Below are positions 21,049-31,137 of a DNA stretch of 64,000 bases, one piece after another (the first letter of the stretch is position 1; each line of letters opens with the position of its first letter). Position numbers and translations under genes: made by a program. This DNA comes from Limnochordia bacterium (GTDB lineage: Bacteria > Bacillota > Limnochordia > DTU080), in the NCBI GenBank assembly GCA_050951545.1, contig JBMNJG010000006.1, forward strand, positions 32,001-96,000. The letters run 5' to 3'. The notes beneath the pieces were generated by a model. That model was given only the letters and a program-made list of their open reading frames with translations. It was not told the origin of the DNA and made no database searches.

Positions 21049-21072
21049 TTCCACCTCTTTTATGCATTTCCT
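21049..21072 (-). promoter_or_regulatory. SigmaH-like promoter upstream of the SBP trio
   Basis: AGGA-N17-GAA on the minus strand. Confidence 0.5.
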
Positions 21073-21230
21073 TCGGCATCGGTTATTCCCTCCTAGATGC
21101 GGCCAAACAGATGGGGATCGCTTAACCGTGTCCGACACCGACGAGATCACGAGAGGGTAGCTTCCGTTCACGTATTTGAGGCGGCTCATTTGCGAGCCAC
21201 TTTCCCGATTAAGCATCTTCCTCTGAATAT

Positions 21231-21446
21231 TCTACTCCTTAGACAGCTCGACGTTGATGACGTGTTCTGCTCGCATAGGGGCTTCGGGCACCGCCACATT
21301 GCCATCGAATGCTGCAATGAACTCTCTTCCTACCGGGTCTCCAAACAAATCACAGCGTGTGTGTTTGGCACCGTGGAGCAGCACCCGCACACGTTGCTAA
21401 GCACCTTGGTGATCTCCTCAGCGGCACGTAAAACGCCTTCTTCTGC
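21231..21446 (-). pseudogene. Collapsed relic made of the 3' ends of two SBP paralogs
   Basis: 21231-21383 resembles 18311-18463 (about 80% identity by manual alignment). 21384-21446 resembles 19650-19712. Confidence 0.85.
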
Positions 21447-21478
21447 CCCAGCGGCGGTACCTTGCGAGCCATGTGCCG

Positions 21479-22270
21479 CTATTTCGTCAGAATCCATTCC
21501 GGCCTGTCTCGCAACAAGTCGCTGGCCAAAGCCACGTTGTCTTCGGCGGATAGTGTGCGCACCAATGAGCGACCAATCATGACGCTTTTCACCACACTTG
21601 CATCCTCGTATACCGACTCCATCTTCGCCAGATACCGCGTGATGCCCAGACGACTGCAGGCATAGCGACGAAACGTTCGTATTGATTCCCGCCCGTGGCG
21701 ATCGATCACCACTACCTCGGCCTCTTCATCGTACGAAAGATAGGCCGGCCTCACCAGGTCTTCTGCCACATGAAACATTGAATTCGACCCAAAACCAACA
21801 CCGACGAAGAGACAGTGGCCACCCCACTCCCACAGTTTCCAGTACGGAGACCCTGGTCCACAGGGCGTATCGCCATGCCACGCGGTGATCTCTTCGGCCC
21901 TGGCCCCCACAGCAGCCACAGATGACAGAGGGTGCAAGCTTCGGTATGCGTCAGACCGGCACCGCAACGTCTCCGTGATGAGCCCGGTTTCGGAAGGCTG
22001 AGTACGGGAATCAAAACGGCGATTGGACTTCTCGAAGCCGCGAAACGTCAAAGTCGGTACCACAAGGGACCCCGTCGGGCCCAAAGCGTCTAGTACGCCA
22101 TCGATCACCGCACGGGCCCCGCCCTGCACATGACCCAAACTACTGAGCGAACTGTGCATGAGCACGATGGCCCCTTCCGGCAGACCGAGCGACCGCAACC
22201 CGGCCGAGATGTCATTCTGAGTGACGGAAGATGGGGCAGCGGGTACTGACTCTTTCTGATTGGTAGCCAT
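21479..22270 (-). CDS. AAC(3)/YokD family N-acetyltransferase (Antibiotic_NAT)
   Basis: VLMHSSLSSLGHVQGG, GSLVVPT, TGLITETLR, RSLHPLSSVAAVG, NSMFHVAE. Confidence 0.9.
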   Translation of the reverse strand: MATNQKESVPAAPSSVTQNDISAGLRSLGLPEGAIVLMHSSLSSLGHVQGGARAVIDGVLDALGPTGSLVVPTLTFRGFEKSNRRFDSRTQPSETGLITETLRCRSDAYRSLHPLSSVAAVGARAEEITAWHGDTPCGPGSPYWKLWEWGGHCLFVGVGFGSNSMFHVAEDLVRPAYLSYDEEAEVVVIDRHGRESIRTFRRYACSRLGITRYLAKMESVYEDASVVKSVMIGRSLVRTLSAEDNVALASDLLRDRPEWILTK

Positions 22271-22294
22271 AGATAAACCACCTCTTGAGCATGA

Positions 22295-22936
22295 TTAGAC
22301 GCCCACATGAGGCGTCTCCTGCCGCAAGATCCACCGAACCGCGCCCAGCACATCTGGGGCCACATATGCGGGCTCGACCCCAGCCCAAGTATGTCTAAAC
22401 TCGCCAAGGCTGCCCTGGCCCACACCTGTTAGCACCAGAATTCCCTTGGCTCCACAGGCCTCAGCCAGCAGCATATCAGCAGCCCCCATATCGCCAATGA
22501 TGTAGCTTTGGCCGACACAGATGCTGAACTCCTGGGCAGCCTGATCGATCATTCCCGGTAACGGCTTCTTGCACTTGCATCCGTCATCCTTGTCATGTGG
22601 GCAGCAATACACTGCGTCGAAATAGGCACCTCTTCGAGCGAGGCTGCTCCTGATATCACGCATCCGCTGCTCGTATTCACCGTAGGTGAGAAGGCCCTTA
22701 CTGATGTGACTTTGGTTGGTGATGACAATGGCCAGGAAGGGAGACCTATTGAGGAGCCGCACCGCATCGGCAGCACATGGGTAGAAGCTGAAATGCCGTA
22801 CGTCATCTAACCCCTCACCGCCCAAGGTGCCCTGCAGGTCAAGAAAGGCCGCCCGCCTATACTGGCTAGGCTGCTTGTGTTGGAGGATACTCTGTTTCGC
22901 CTGTATGCCCACGACCCCCCTTGAAGACCGTATCAC
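22295..22936 (-). CDS. HAD-IIIA hydrolase (GmhB/HisB-like phosphatase); true start probably further in
   Basis: FLDLQGTL, ITNQS, YCCPH...CKCKKPLPGM, IGDM, ILVLTGVG. Confidence 0.88.
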   Translation of the reverse strand: MIRSSRGVVGIQAKQSILQHKQPSQYRRAAFLDLQGTLGGEGLDDVRHFSFYPCAADAVRLLNRSPFLAIVITNQSHISKGLLTYGEYEQRMRDIRSSLARRGAYFDAVYCCPHDKDDGCKCKKPLPGMIDQAAQEFSICVGQSYIIGDMGAADMLLAEACGAKGILVLTGVGQGSLGEFRHTWAGVEPAYVAPDVLGAVRWILRQETPHVGV

Positions 22937-22977
22937 GCTGTGCGGGCATGTCAGCGCAGACAGCTAACGCCCGGGGT

Positions 22978-23184
22978 TCATCTCCACCGCAAAACGTTCG
23001 AGCCATGTGCTGTCAGGTTCAGACGCACGTGGCTCATGCCACTCTCAAAGCTGGCGTTCTGAAGGCTATTCGCTGCTGAAGCACATCCAACCGCTGTGAG
23101 AACGCAGCAGGCGGCAACAGCGATGGCGACGAACCGCCATGCAGCTGACTGATGCCTCTTTACGGCCCGTGTGGTTTTCGTCAT
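22978..23184 (-). pseudogene. N-terminal remnant of a secreted protein
   Basis: RBS AGGAGG, a signal peptide (ASA-A), then NSLQNASFESG (typical start of CBM4/9-like modules), then the ORF ends. Confidence 0.55.
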
Positions 23185-23461
23185 GGCTATGCATATCCTC
23201 CTAGGGTACCGCACGCCGTCGATGGGTTCGCTAGCCACCGCGCCGATCTCAGCATACGTGGTGAGCCTGCGCGCACTAGAGATCACCGGGGAATCGACAC
23301 CCGTGTTAGACAAGCCCTATGGCGAAACCTGCCTTCATTCTGGAGTCCTTGCGACGAGTGCTTGGGCTGTGAGGTGTATGGTACTATGCAAGTGGTACCT
23401 GATTAGGGCGCATACGCCAACCGCGTGAAATCCCACGCCGAAAGGATCTGCAGGAGACACC

Positions 23462-24303
23462 ATGACCTATTCGAGAGCATGGCCAGCATGGGGCCTGGTG
23501 GAGCTTGATACCACGCCTACAGATCTTTCCGTCTGCCTGCCCAGCTACGGATGTGCGGTCGATGTGATCCGCAGCAGGGGCATGCAGCGCCATAGGCACC
23601 CCGCTTGGGAGATGGCTTGGGTACACAGTGGTACTGTCGTAGTCAGCATCGGTGACTCTTACGAGGTGCTGACACCGGGGGACCTTGTAGTGTTTGACGG
23701 GACAGTCATCCATGGTTTCTGCCCTATCGGAGCCTCGTATACGCGTACCTCCGTTCACTTCGTCCCCCAACTGGTGCCCACACCAGAGTCCTCCCTATCG
23801 CCACGTACACCGCTAGCGATGTCGGTCACGAACGGGACTGCACGTGAGGTCATCGAGAGCGTCTTGCAGTTGCGGGCTGCCTTTGAGACTGGGGCGGCTG
23901 GCACATCCTTGATCGAAGGCATAGCGAAGCTGCTCCTGGAGCTTAGGCGGGTCGCCACATCACCGCCGAGGGCCCTGCTACCCCCCTTGGTGCCGAGGTG
24001 CTGGAATTCATGATCCGCCATCCCGAGCGTTCGGTTAGTCTAGGCGATCTGTCCAACCAGTTCCATGTGTCGCGAGGACACCTCTGCCGCCTGTTCCAAG
24101 AAAGTCTGGGCCATTCTCCCCAGAGTATCTGGTTACGGGTGAAGATCCAGCACGGTTGTCATCTTCTACTCAACCAAGTGAGCATTAGTTCGGCCTCGGC
24201 CGCCACGGGGTTCGCCACACGACGAGGCTTCGAGCGCGCCTTTCGTCGTGTAACCGGGCTCTCCCCAGGCGAGTACAGAGAAGCCCGGAGCCACCTCTCC
24301 TGA
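23462..24303 (+). CDS. AraC family regulator (cupin + HTH), frameshifted near 23990
   Basis: Cupin HRHPAWEMAWVHSG...H and HTH HVSRGHLCRLFQESLG...GFATRRGFERAFRRVTGLSPGEYR lie in two overlapping frames. Confidence 0.88.
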
Positions 24304-24393
24304 GGGGCAGCAGCATGATGTGACTTCTGGTCGCAGGAAGACACACGGCGTCATCCAAAGGTCTCCTGACGACTAGTAAGGGGGTCGAACACG

Positions 24394-25671
24394 TTGCTTC
24401 GCAGGAACCTAGCCATGGTCTTATGTGTTACCAGCCTTCTGGCGGCGTTCGGTGTCCAGGCCACTGCCCCAAGCATTCGCCACATGGAGCACTCCGGACG
24501 CGAATTCGAGGAATGGATCACACAGCAAGCTGTTCGCTTTCACGAGCAGACCGGGATAGCGGTCGAGGTGGAGTTTGGTGGGCAAGCAGGGAAAGTTCCC
24601 GAGAAACTAGCTGTACGCGTAGCGGCAGGGCTAGCCCCGGATACCACTTTCATGAGCCTCAATCTGCTACCGCTCACGAAGGTACCACTTGTGGACCTGC
24701 GCCCTTTCGTTGACCGTGATCGCCTGAATCTGTCGCGCTACCCCAATCCGGTGATCTCGCATCTCACCGTCCAGGAGGGACTGCGCCAGGGGGCCTTCCT
24801 TGGTCTGCCCGTCAGTCTGTGGACCTACGGCGTTGCCTACAACAAAGGCATGTTTGAGCAGAACGGTCTACCCAAGCCGAACCATGACTGGAGCTGGGCT
24901 GACCTGATCACCTACACCCGCAAGCTTGGGGCAGATACGTCCGGCGACGGTACCATCGATCGTTGGGGCCTGATGCTGCCCGTCGCCTGGACGCGTATGG
25001 GTGTCGTCGTCCATCAGGCTGGCGGAGGATGGCTTGATAGTCAGACAGACCCCAAGCGGGCGACGCTCGCCAACGCCAACACACGTCTAGCACTGGATTT
25101 CATAGACGAACTGTTCGCAACTGGAGGTGCTGATGGCGGCTGGGAGGCTTTTTGGCGCAACCGAGCCGGGATTTCATACGATGCCGGTCCCAACTACGGC
25201 GAACGGATAGCCCAGCAGTCGAACCCGTTTGAGTTCGAGTGGATACCATACGCCAAGGGCCCCGGCCCTAACACAGGTGGCGAGCTCGCTGTTCAATTTT
25301 ACGCCATGCTCGAAGACAGCCGGAGCAAGGACGCCGCTTGGCAGTGGCTGAAGTTCCTCACCCACGACATGCAGAGCCAGCTGGAGTATGGTGCGCGTAC
25401 CCAGCGCATCCCTGCATACCTACCAGCATCACAGCGTTACTTCAGCGACATGTCCAAAGCTAACCCTAGCATCATGGAGATCGTCACACTTGTGGCAGAT
25501 CCGACCTCGTATGTCCGCCCCACGTCCTGGGAGGCCGTTGGCGACATCATCGATACCTGGCTCACCAGAGCGTATGTGCAACGCGACATCAGCCTACACG
25601 AGGCAATAGTGCAGACCGAAAGACTGATCGAGGGCAGACTGGCCTCGTTACGGACACAAGGCATTCAGTGA
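24394..25671 (+). CDS. Sugar ABC transporter solute-binding protein
   Basis: Signal peptide (VQA-T), KLAVRVAAGLAPD, WSWADL, DTSGDGTIDRWG, KDAAWQWLKFL. Confidence 0.92.
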   Translation: MLRRNLAMVLCVTSLLAAFGVQATAPSIRHMEHSGREFEEWITQQAVRFHEQTGIAVEVEFGGQAGKVPEKLAVRVAAGLAPDTTFMSLNLLPLTKVPLVDLRPFVDRDRLNLSRYPNPVISHLTVQEGLRQGAFLGLPVSLWTYGVAYNKGMFEQNGLPKPNHDWSWADLITYTRKLGADTSGDGTIDRWGLMLPVAWTRMGVVVHQAGGGWLDSQTDPKRATLANANTRLALDFIDELFATGGADGGWEAFWRNRAGISYDAGPNYGERIAQQSNPFEFEWIPYAKGPGPNTGGELAVQFYAMLEDSRSKDAAWQWLKFLTHDMQSQLEYGARTQRIPAYLPASQRYFSDMSKANPSIMEIVTLVADPTSYVRPTSWEAVGDIIDTWLTRAYVQRDISLHEAIVQTERLIEGRLASLRTQGIQ

Positions 25672-25681
25672 GTAGCTAGAC

Positions 25682-25740
25682 AGATAGGCATGTCGACAAC
25701 TCCTTGCCCTCCCGTGCGGGCCAAGGAGTTGTTGCTATCT
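25682..25740. terminator. Long hairpin between SBP and sulfatase
   Basis: ACAACTCCTTG / CAAGGAGTTGT perfect 11-bp core with flanking AGATAG/CTATCT. Confidence 0.55.
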
Positions 25741-25747
25741 AGGCGAA
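25724..25747 (+). promoter_or_regulatory. SigmaH-like promoter of the sulfatase
   Basis: AGGA-N17-GAA. Confidence 0.5.
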
Positions 25748-25788
25748 CAAGCCCGTAGTAGATCCTATTCGCGGAGGCTGATCGCACC

Positions 25789-27267
25789 ATGGACGACGCA
25801 GGCAAGAACCCTGACAGACCCAACGTGCTCTTGATCTGTTGCGACCATCTGCGCGCTGACTGGCTGAGCTGCAACGGGCATCCGGTGACGATGACACCCC
25901 AAATCGACACGTTGGCAGGTGAAGGCCTCAACTTCCAGCGAGCAGTTAGCGAGTGTCCGGTCTGCGTACCAGCCAGACGCATTCTAATGACGGGCATGGG
26001 TCCCTACGGTGTGCATATGAACACCAATCGAGATACGCAACCGTTTTCAGAAGGGCCCAAGCTGGCCGAAGTGATGACACGAGCGGGCTATCAGAGCTTC
26101 GCCTCAGGCAAGATGCACACGCACCCGCAGCGCAACCGCATCGGTTTCGAAGATGTGCAGCTCAACGAGGAAGGGCGCAAGCAAGGCGGCCTCTTGAAAG
26201 ACGACTACGAAGCGTTTTTGGACGACCACGGTTACGGCCATCGAGCTTATACCCATGGCCTGGGCAACAATCAGTATGGGATGCGCATCAGTCCACTACC
26301 CGAACCCTACACCACCACACATTGGACTGCACAAAAGGCCATGGAGTTCATTGGGCGGCGCGATCCCACTCGGCCTTTCTTCCTCTATGTCTCGTTCGAC
26401 AAGCCTCACCCCCCGATCACCCCGCCACTGGAGTATTACGAGCTCTACCGTGACGCTGCCATGCCAGAACCAGTCTGCGGAACGTGGGTGCAGCGCAAGC
26501 GGCCCCAGAGCATCGATACGGGAGCCATGCGACATAGCCTCGCCTATTGGCGGGACAATCCGCTCCTACTGCAGCAGACACTGCGGGGGTTTGCGGCCAT
26601 GATCACGCACATCGACAGCATGGTTGGAGTCCTGCTGGGTACCCTGCGCGAACATGCTCTTCTCGACAACACCCTGATCATCCTCACCAGCGATCATGGT
26701 GACAACCTCTTTGACCACGGGTTTTTCGCCAAGACCAACTTCATGCGTGGCTCCGCCAACATTCCCTTCATCGTGCGCCCGCCGCGGGCTTGGGGACAGA
26801 CCCACGGTGCTCGCCGTGATCGTGTCAATACAACCGCTCCGGTGGGCCTCATGGATATCATGCCTACGATCCTAGACATCTGCGGCATACCCATCCCGGA
26901 CAACGTTGAGGGCCAAAGCGTCGCCCCCTTTTTGCTCCACGATGACGCTGCTTTCCGTCACATCAGCTACGGCAACTGCGGCCCGCATTACAGCGTAAAC
27001 GACGGCCGCCTGAACTACACTTGGTTTGCTGACGATGGCCTTGAGTTCGTTTTTGACCAAGAAGCAGATCCTCACGACCGCCACGACCTGGCTGAAGATC
27101 CTGCCTATCGCGAGCAGTCAGTCCACATGCGCCAGCTCATGCTGCAATGGATGGAAGAACACGACGATGCACGTGCAAATGCCGCCGTCTTTGGCGGGCA
27201 GGCGAAAAGAAGAGCCTTCGCACCATCGACGTCTCGCAGTGGCTGGAATAACCGTGGGAGGCACTAG
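25789..27267 (+). CDS. Cys-type (formylglycine-dependent) sulfatase
   Basis: PNVLLICCDHLR, CVPARRILMTG (CxPxR), GKMH, PHPP, TSDHGD. Confidence 0.93.
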   Translation: MDDAGKNPDRPNVLLICCDHLRADWLSCNGHPVTMTPQIDTLAGEGLNFQRAVSECPVCVPARRILMTGMGPYGVHMNTNRDTQPFSEGPKLAEVMTRAGYQSFASGKMHTHPQRNRIGFEDVQLNEEGRKQGGLLKDDYEAFLDDHGYGHRAYTHGLGNNQYGMRISPLPEPYTTTHWTAQKAMEFIGRRDPTRPFFLYVSFDKPHPPITPPLEYYELYRDAAMPEPVCGTWVQRKRPQSIDTGAMRHSLAYWRDNPLLLQQTLRGFAAMITHIDSMVGVLLGTLREHALLDNTLIILTSDHGDNLFDHGFFAKTNFMRGSANIPFIVRPPRAWGQTHGARRDRVNTTAPVGLMDIMPTILDICGIPIPDNVEGQSVAPFLLHDDAAFRHISYGNCGPHYSVNDGRLNYTWFADDGLEFVFDQEADPHDRHDLAEDPAYREQSVHMRQLMLQWMEEHDDARANAAVFGGQAKRRAFAPSTSRSGWNNRGRH

Positions 27268-27323
27268 CTCGATGAACATCACAGAGTCCGAAGAATCACA
27301 TACGAATCAGGAGGCGTGTGTTC

Positions 27324-28381
27324 ATGAAAACCATGGTCCGACTACATTCGTCAAGACACTCAGCCACTGCAGCAGTAGCTTCTGCCCTAGCCATTGTACT
27401 GACACTCTCATCGGTTGCTTTTGGTGCGCCACGAACTGTTGAGTATATGTACCAAGCGGGTGTCGAAGCCACTGAGAAAGCTGCGGCCGATAGCGTCGCC
27501 ATCTTCGAGGACGCCAACCCTGACATCAAGGTTGAGCGTATACGCGTGCAGTCGAACTATCGGGATCGGTTAGTGGCACTCATCGCAGCTGGCACCGTAC
27601 CCGATGTGGTGAACATCGACATGCAGGACATTATGAGTTTTGCCGACGAGCGCTTCCTTCATGATCTGCGCCCGTTGGTGGAAAAGACACCGTCTTTCCA
27701 GTTCCAGCGCTTGGCCCCGCCCATCGTAGACATCTACACCGTTGACGGTAGGATATATGCCCTTTACCTTCTATGACCACGAAGTCAGGACTTGAATCGG
27801 TGCAGTTTCTTCACAGTATGATCTGGGAAGATGGGGCCATGTTGTTCACTAACCAGGTCTCGCGCAATATCGGTGCCAATGACGTGACAGGCTTCACCCG
27901 GGGCAAGGTAGGCATGACCACGCGTTGGTTCTCTTACGTCCCCGATTTCTCTCAGGCTGCCTCGACCATCGGTTTGGTTCCGCATCCCAAAGGTCCCAGA
28001 CCTCAGGGACGCTATACCACGGATTTGGGGAGCTGGGGTATCTCCATCAGTCGAGAGACTCGTGACCTCGACGCCGCTTGGCGCTTCGTCGCCTACACGG
28101 CAGGACCAGCCGGAGCTGCCCAGAACGCTAAGCTGATGGGGCGCACGCCCGCCCGTCCTATCCAGCTAAGCTGGCTGTCGAAGACTGTTGTGAACCCGGA
28201 GATCTATCCCGACATTCTCATGGCAACGACGTCACGTGTCGTCTCTCTTGGTAGGCTGGATCTTCAGCGCATTATTGACTCCGAACTGAACGCCGTATGG
28301 GCCAACCAAGTGGAGCCAAAGAGCGCTGTTAGCGAGATCGGGCGACGTATCCGAGCTTTCCTGAAAGACAATCCACAGTAG
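27324..28381 (+). pseudogene. SBP with an internal deletion and frameshift at about 27770
   Basis: The N-half (signal peptide, LIAAGTVPDV, DGRIYAL) abuts the C-half (ESVQFLHSMIW...AAWRFVAY). The WTW-containing middle segment is missing. Confidence 0.8.
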
Positions 28382-28459
28382 GTCGTGGACGAACGCCTTG
28401 ACTGTATTCTGGCAAGGGTGGATCCCACTCGCTACTGACCGGATGGAGGAGTCCTCAGC

Positions 28460-29344
28460 GTGCAGCTCATCCCGGCCAAGACAATCATCTCCGGCTACAC
28501 CGAGGGGAGTCAGTGGTTTGGTAACAACTACAACATGAATATCTACAAGGGGTGTTGCCACGGATGCATCTACTGCGACAGCCGCAGCGAGTGTTACCAG
28601 ATAGACCGCTTCGACCAAGTGCGGGCCAAGGATAACGCCTTGGCCCTGATCGCCGGTGAGCTGGAACGCAAGCGCCGAAAAGGCGTTGTGGGTACGGGTG
28701 CCATGGGCGATCCATACAACCCCCTTGAGCGCGAGTACCGCCTCACCAGAGGCGCGCTGGAACTGATCGACACTAACCGCTTCGGGGTGTCGATAGCAAC
28801 CAAGAGCGATCTGGTGACACGAGACATCGACGTCCTTTGCTCCATCAAGACCCATTCGCCTGTGCTGATCAAGATCACCATTACGACAGCCAATGACGAG
28901 TTATGTCGAAAGGTAGAGCCAAACGCCCCGGTATCCTCTAGGCGTTTTTTTGCCATGAGGCAGCTGGCTGCGAGCGGCATCTTCACCGGGGTACTGCTCA
29001 TGCCAGTACTCCCTTTCATAGAAGACAACGATGAGAACATAGCCGACATCGTTCGGCTGGCGGCTGAGGCTGGAGCTCGGTTCATCTACCCCGCCTTCGG
29101 GGTCACGCTGCGCCAGAACCAGAGAGAGTGGTACTACGCAAAGCTCGATGAGCGCTTCCCTGGGCTCCGGCGCCAGTATGTGAGGCAGTTCGGCAATGCG
29201 TACGAATGCCAGTCCCCCAGGGCGCAGGAGCTATGGCATCTGTTCAAGGAGGAGTGCGACACACGCGGCATCCTGTACAAGATGAAGGACATCATTGCGG
29301 CCTACCGCGATCCATACAGCAAAACTCAGCTGTCACTTTTCTAG
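28460..29344 (+). CDS. Radical SAM protein, SPL/Rv2578c-like family
   Basis: MNIYKGCCHGCIYCDSRS (CxxxCxxC), DPYNPLE, TKSDLV.RD; ends in QLSLF. Confidence 0.9.
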   Translation: MQLIPAKTIISGYTEGSQWFGNNYNMNIYKGCCHGCIYCDSRSECYQIDRFDQVRAKDNALALIAGELERKRRKGVVGTGAMGDPYNPLEREYRLTRGALELIDTNRFGVSIATKSDLVTRDIDVLCSIKTHSPVLIKITITTANDELCRKVEPNAPVSSRRFFAMRQLAASGIFTGVLLMPVLPFIEDNDENIADIVRLAAEAGARFIYPAFGVTLRQNQREWYYAKLDERFPGLRRQYVRQFGNAYECQSPRAQELWHLFKEECDTRGILYKMKDIIAAYRDPYSKTQLSLF

Positions 29345-29428
29345 GTGAAGCTGCTCTCAGCTCCACTGTAATCACGTCAGAGAACAGCCAAGCAGGTATT
29401 GCGGGCTGCAAGAAGCGTGACCAACCTC

Positions 29429-29710
29429 TCACTGCCGCTGCCCGCAGTGTCGACAGAACCGATCAGACTTGGCCGCGCCTCTACCACAGCTTGAACAGAC
29501 CACTGCAGGCTTCCTCTTGTCTACAGAGCCGAGAACCTCAGTCTTCCGAAAACCCATCCCCGGGATGGAAGTAGTCCGTCGCACCTTGCCGTCGGAACCC
29601 AGTGATATCCGCATGCCACGAACACCGACAGAGAACCCGACTCCGGAACGCGACACATTGATGCGGCCGAACTTCCCGAAAGGAATCGATTTGCGAAATC
29701 GCCACGCCAC
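29429..29710 (-). CDS. DUF4236 domain protein with C-terminal zinc ribbon
   Basis: WRFRKSI...RINVSRSGVGFSVG...SIPGMG and CSSCG...RFCRHCG. Confidence 0.8.
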   Translation of the reverse strand: MAWRFRKSIPFGKFGRINVSRSGVGFSVGVRGMRISLGSDGKVRRTTSIPGMGFRKTEVLGSVDKRKPAVVCSSCGRGAAKSDRFCRHCGQRQ

Positions 29711-29760
29711 GTCGCTGCTCACCCCCGCCAAGCATATACGCCGGTGCATCGCCCGTCGCT

Positions 29761-30684
29761 TTACGTAGTGGCGCTCTTCAGCTTGCCAAAGAAGTCCCGG
29801 AAGATAGGATCACGCTGCACATGATACACATAGCGCATCCAGTGCCTGGTGTGATCGACACTCCACGTCAGCTGATCGGTCAGACGTGGGCTATGCACGA
29901 GTGCACTCGGCAACCACTCGCTGTTGACGACATACGCCACGGCAGCTACATCCCATAGCACCTTCGACCAGCCAAAATGGTTGGTCGTATAGCCTTTGAA
30001 GATCTGTGCCAAGTAGTCACCGACCACACCTTGGCCCTGTACGTGCAGTTCGACCTCCGGCACCGTCGTAGCCAGATGCGTAGTCACACCCATACACGGC
30101 ACATGCACAAAAGGAACACCGCAATCAAGGATGGTCCGGGCGGCTGGCACATCCTGCTGCAAGTTGAATTCCTTCGTATGGGGCCAGTGTAGAGCATGTC
30201 CACCGAGCCAGACTACCACGATGCGCTCAATGATCTTCGGTTCTAGCAGAATAGCCGAGGCCACATTGGTGATCGCCCCCACTGCCACCACATATAACGG
30301 ATCTTCCGCGGTTCCAGCCATCGCTCGCTTTACGAGATCCAGCACAGCAGGGCTGCGCTCCGGCACACCGTCAGCGCTCAGGTAGGCAGAGCTGCCCCGA
30401 TAGGCAAACCCCTGCGGCGAGCGGCCCAAGAGCTCGAGTAGGCGAACGATTTCTTCGTAGCTCTTTTCCATGCCGTCTGCAGGCCCTGACGAACGCGGGT
30501 TGTAGAAGGGAGCCGCGTAAATGGCTTGTACATCCAGTTTGTCAGGTGACAGGAGAGCATAGACCACCGCAAACTGATCATCGATTTCGTTATACGTATC
30601 GGTATCAAGCACCATCCGCGCCCTTTTGGTGGGCGGTCTCAGCAGCGCCAAGCGATGTTCCTCTGATACTGACAGTGAGTTCAC
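29761..30684 (-). CDS. Inosine-uridine preferring nucleoside hydrolase family protein
   Basis: LDTDTYNEIDDQFA, GAITNVASA, WLGG, EFNL.QD, LWD. Confidence 0.9.
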   Translation of the reverse strand: MNSLSVSEEHRLALLRPPTKRARMVLDTDTYNEIDDQFAVVYALLSPDKLDVQAIYAAPFYNPRSSGPADGMEKSYEEIVRLLELLGRSPQGFAYRGSSAYLSADGVPERSPAVLDLVKRAMAGTAEDPLYVVAVGAITNVASAILLEPKIIERIVVVWLGGHALHWPHTKEFNLQQDVPAARTILDCGVPFVHVPCMGVTTHLATTVPEVELHVQGQGVVGDYLAQIFKGYTTNHFGWSKVLWDVAAVAYVVNSEWLPSALVHSPRLTDQLTWSVDHTRHWMRYVYHVQRDPIFRDFFGKLKSATT

Positions 30685-30740
30685 TGCAACTCTCCCCTTC
30701 TCTGACCGTCAACACAGCCTCATCAGTTCTCCTCTTTTCG

Positions 30741-30764
30741 TTCGCTGCACCAAGTCCTATTCCT
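30741..30764 (-). promoter_or_regulatory. SigmaH-like promoter of the nucleoside hydrolase
   Basis: AGGA-N17-GAA. Confidence 0.5.
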
Positions 30765-30795
30765 TTGCCTATCAATGCACACATGACGCTCTAGA

Positions 30796-30820
30796 AGGAC
30801 TATACATGCGGGCAGGGAAT
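30796..30820 (+). promoter_or_regulatory. SigmaH-like promoter retained in a relic, facing GH95
   Basis: AGGA-N17-GAAT, homologous to 59133-59157. Confidence 0.55.
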
Positions 30821-31095
30821 GTCTCGCTACCACGAACCCTGGCAGCCGCGCATCCTACGTCTGCCGTCTGGTCGTCTGATTGGCACCATGGACCAAGGTG
30901 GGCCAAGAGTCGTGCATCTTCCAGGCCCCAAGGCTACACGAGGTGAAGGGCTCACTGCTGGCAAGGCAAGGTCTTCACTTCTGATGATGGCGGTCAGACA
31001 TGGACACATCGTGCGAGCTTCCCCTTCTTTCACGCACGGCCTTTCCAGGCCGGGGAAGCCTGCTATGTTTTGAGGCATGCCGGGGATCTGATGAC
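30813..31095 (+). pseudogene. Collapsed relic of a paralog of the sialidase-like gene at 59217
   Basis: CAGGGAATGTCTCGCTACC is identical to 59150-59168. It continues as ILRLPSGRLIGTMDQGGP...SDDGGQTW..FHARPFQAG, matching 59301-59550 with a frameshift and stop. Confidence 0.88.
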
Positions 31096-31137
31096 CAGTC
31101 CGCTGCTAAGTGGAGGAATTTACATAGGAGGCGAACT

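Noticed and set aside
18311-21446. Diversity-generating retroelement TR/VR pair (diverged copies of gene 3' ends)
   Set aside because: Mismatches involve all four bases and are often synonymous rather than adenine-specific, and there is no reverse transcriptase in the window.
28460-29344. Anaerobic sulfatase maturase for the nearby sulfatase
   Set aside because: No SPASM cysteine cluster; the motifs are SPL/Rv2578c-like.
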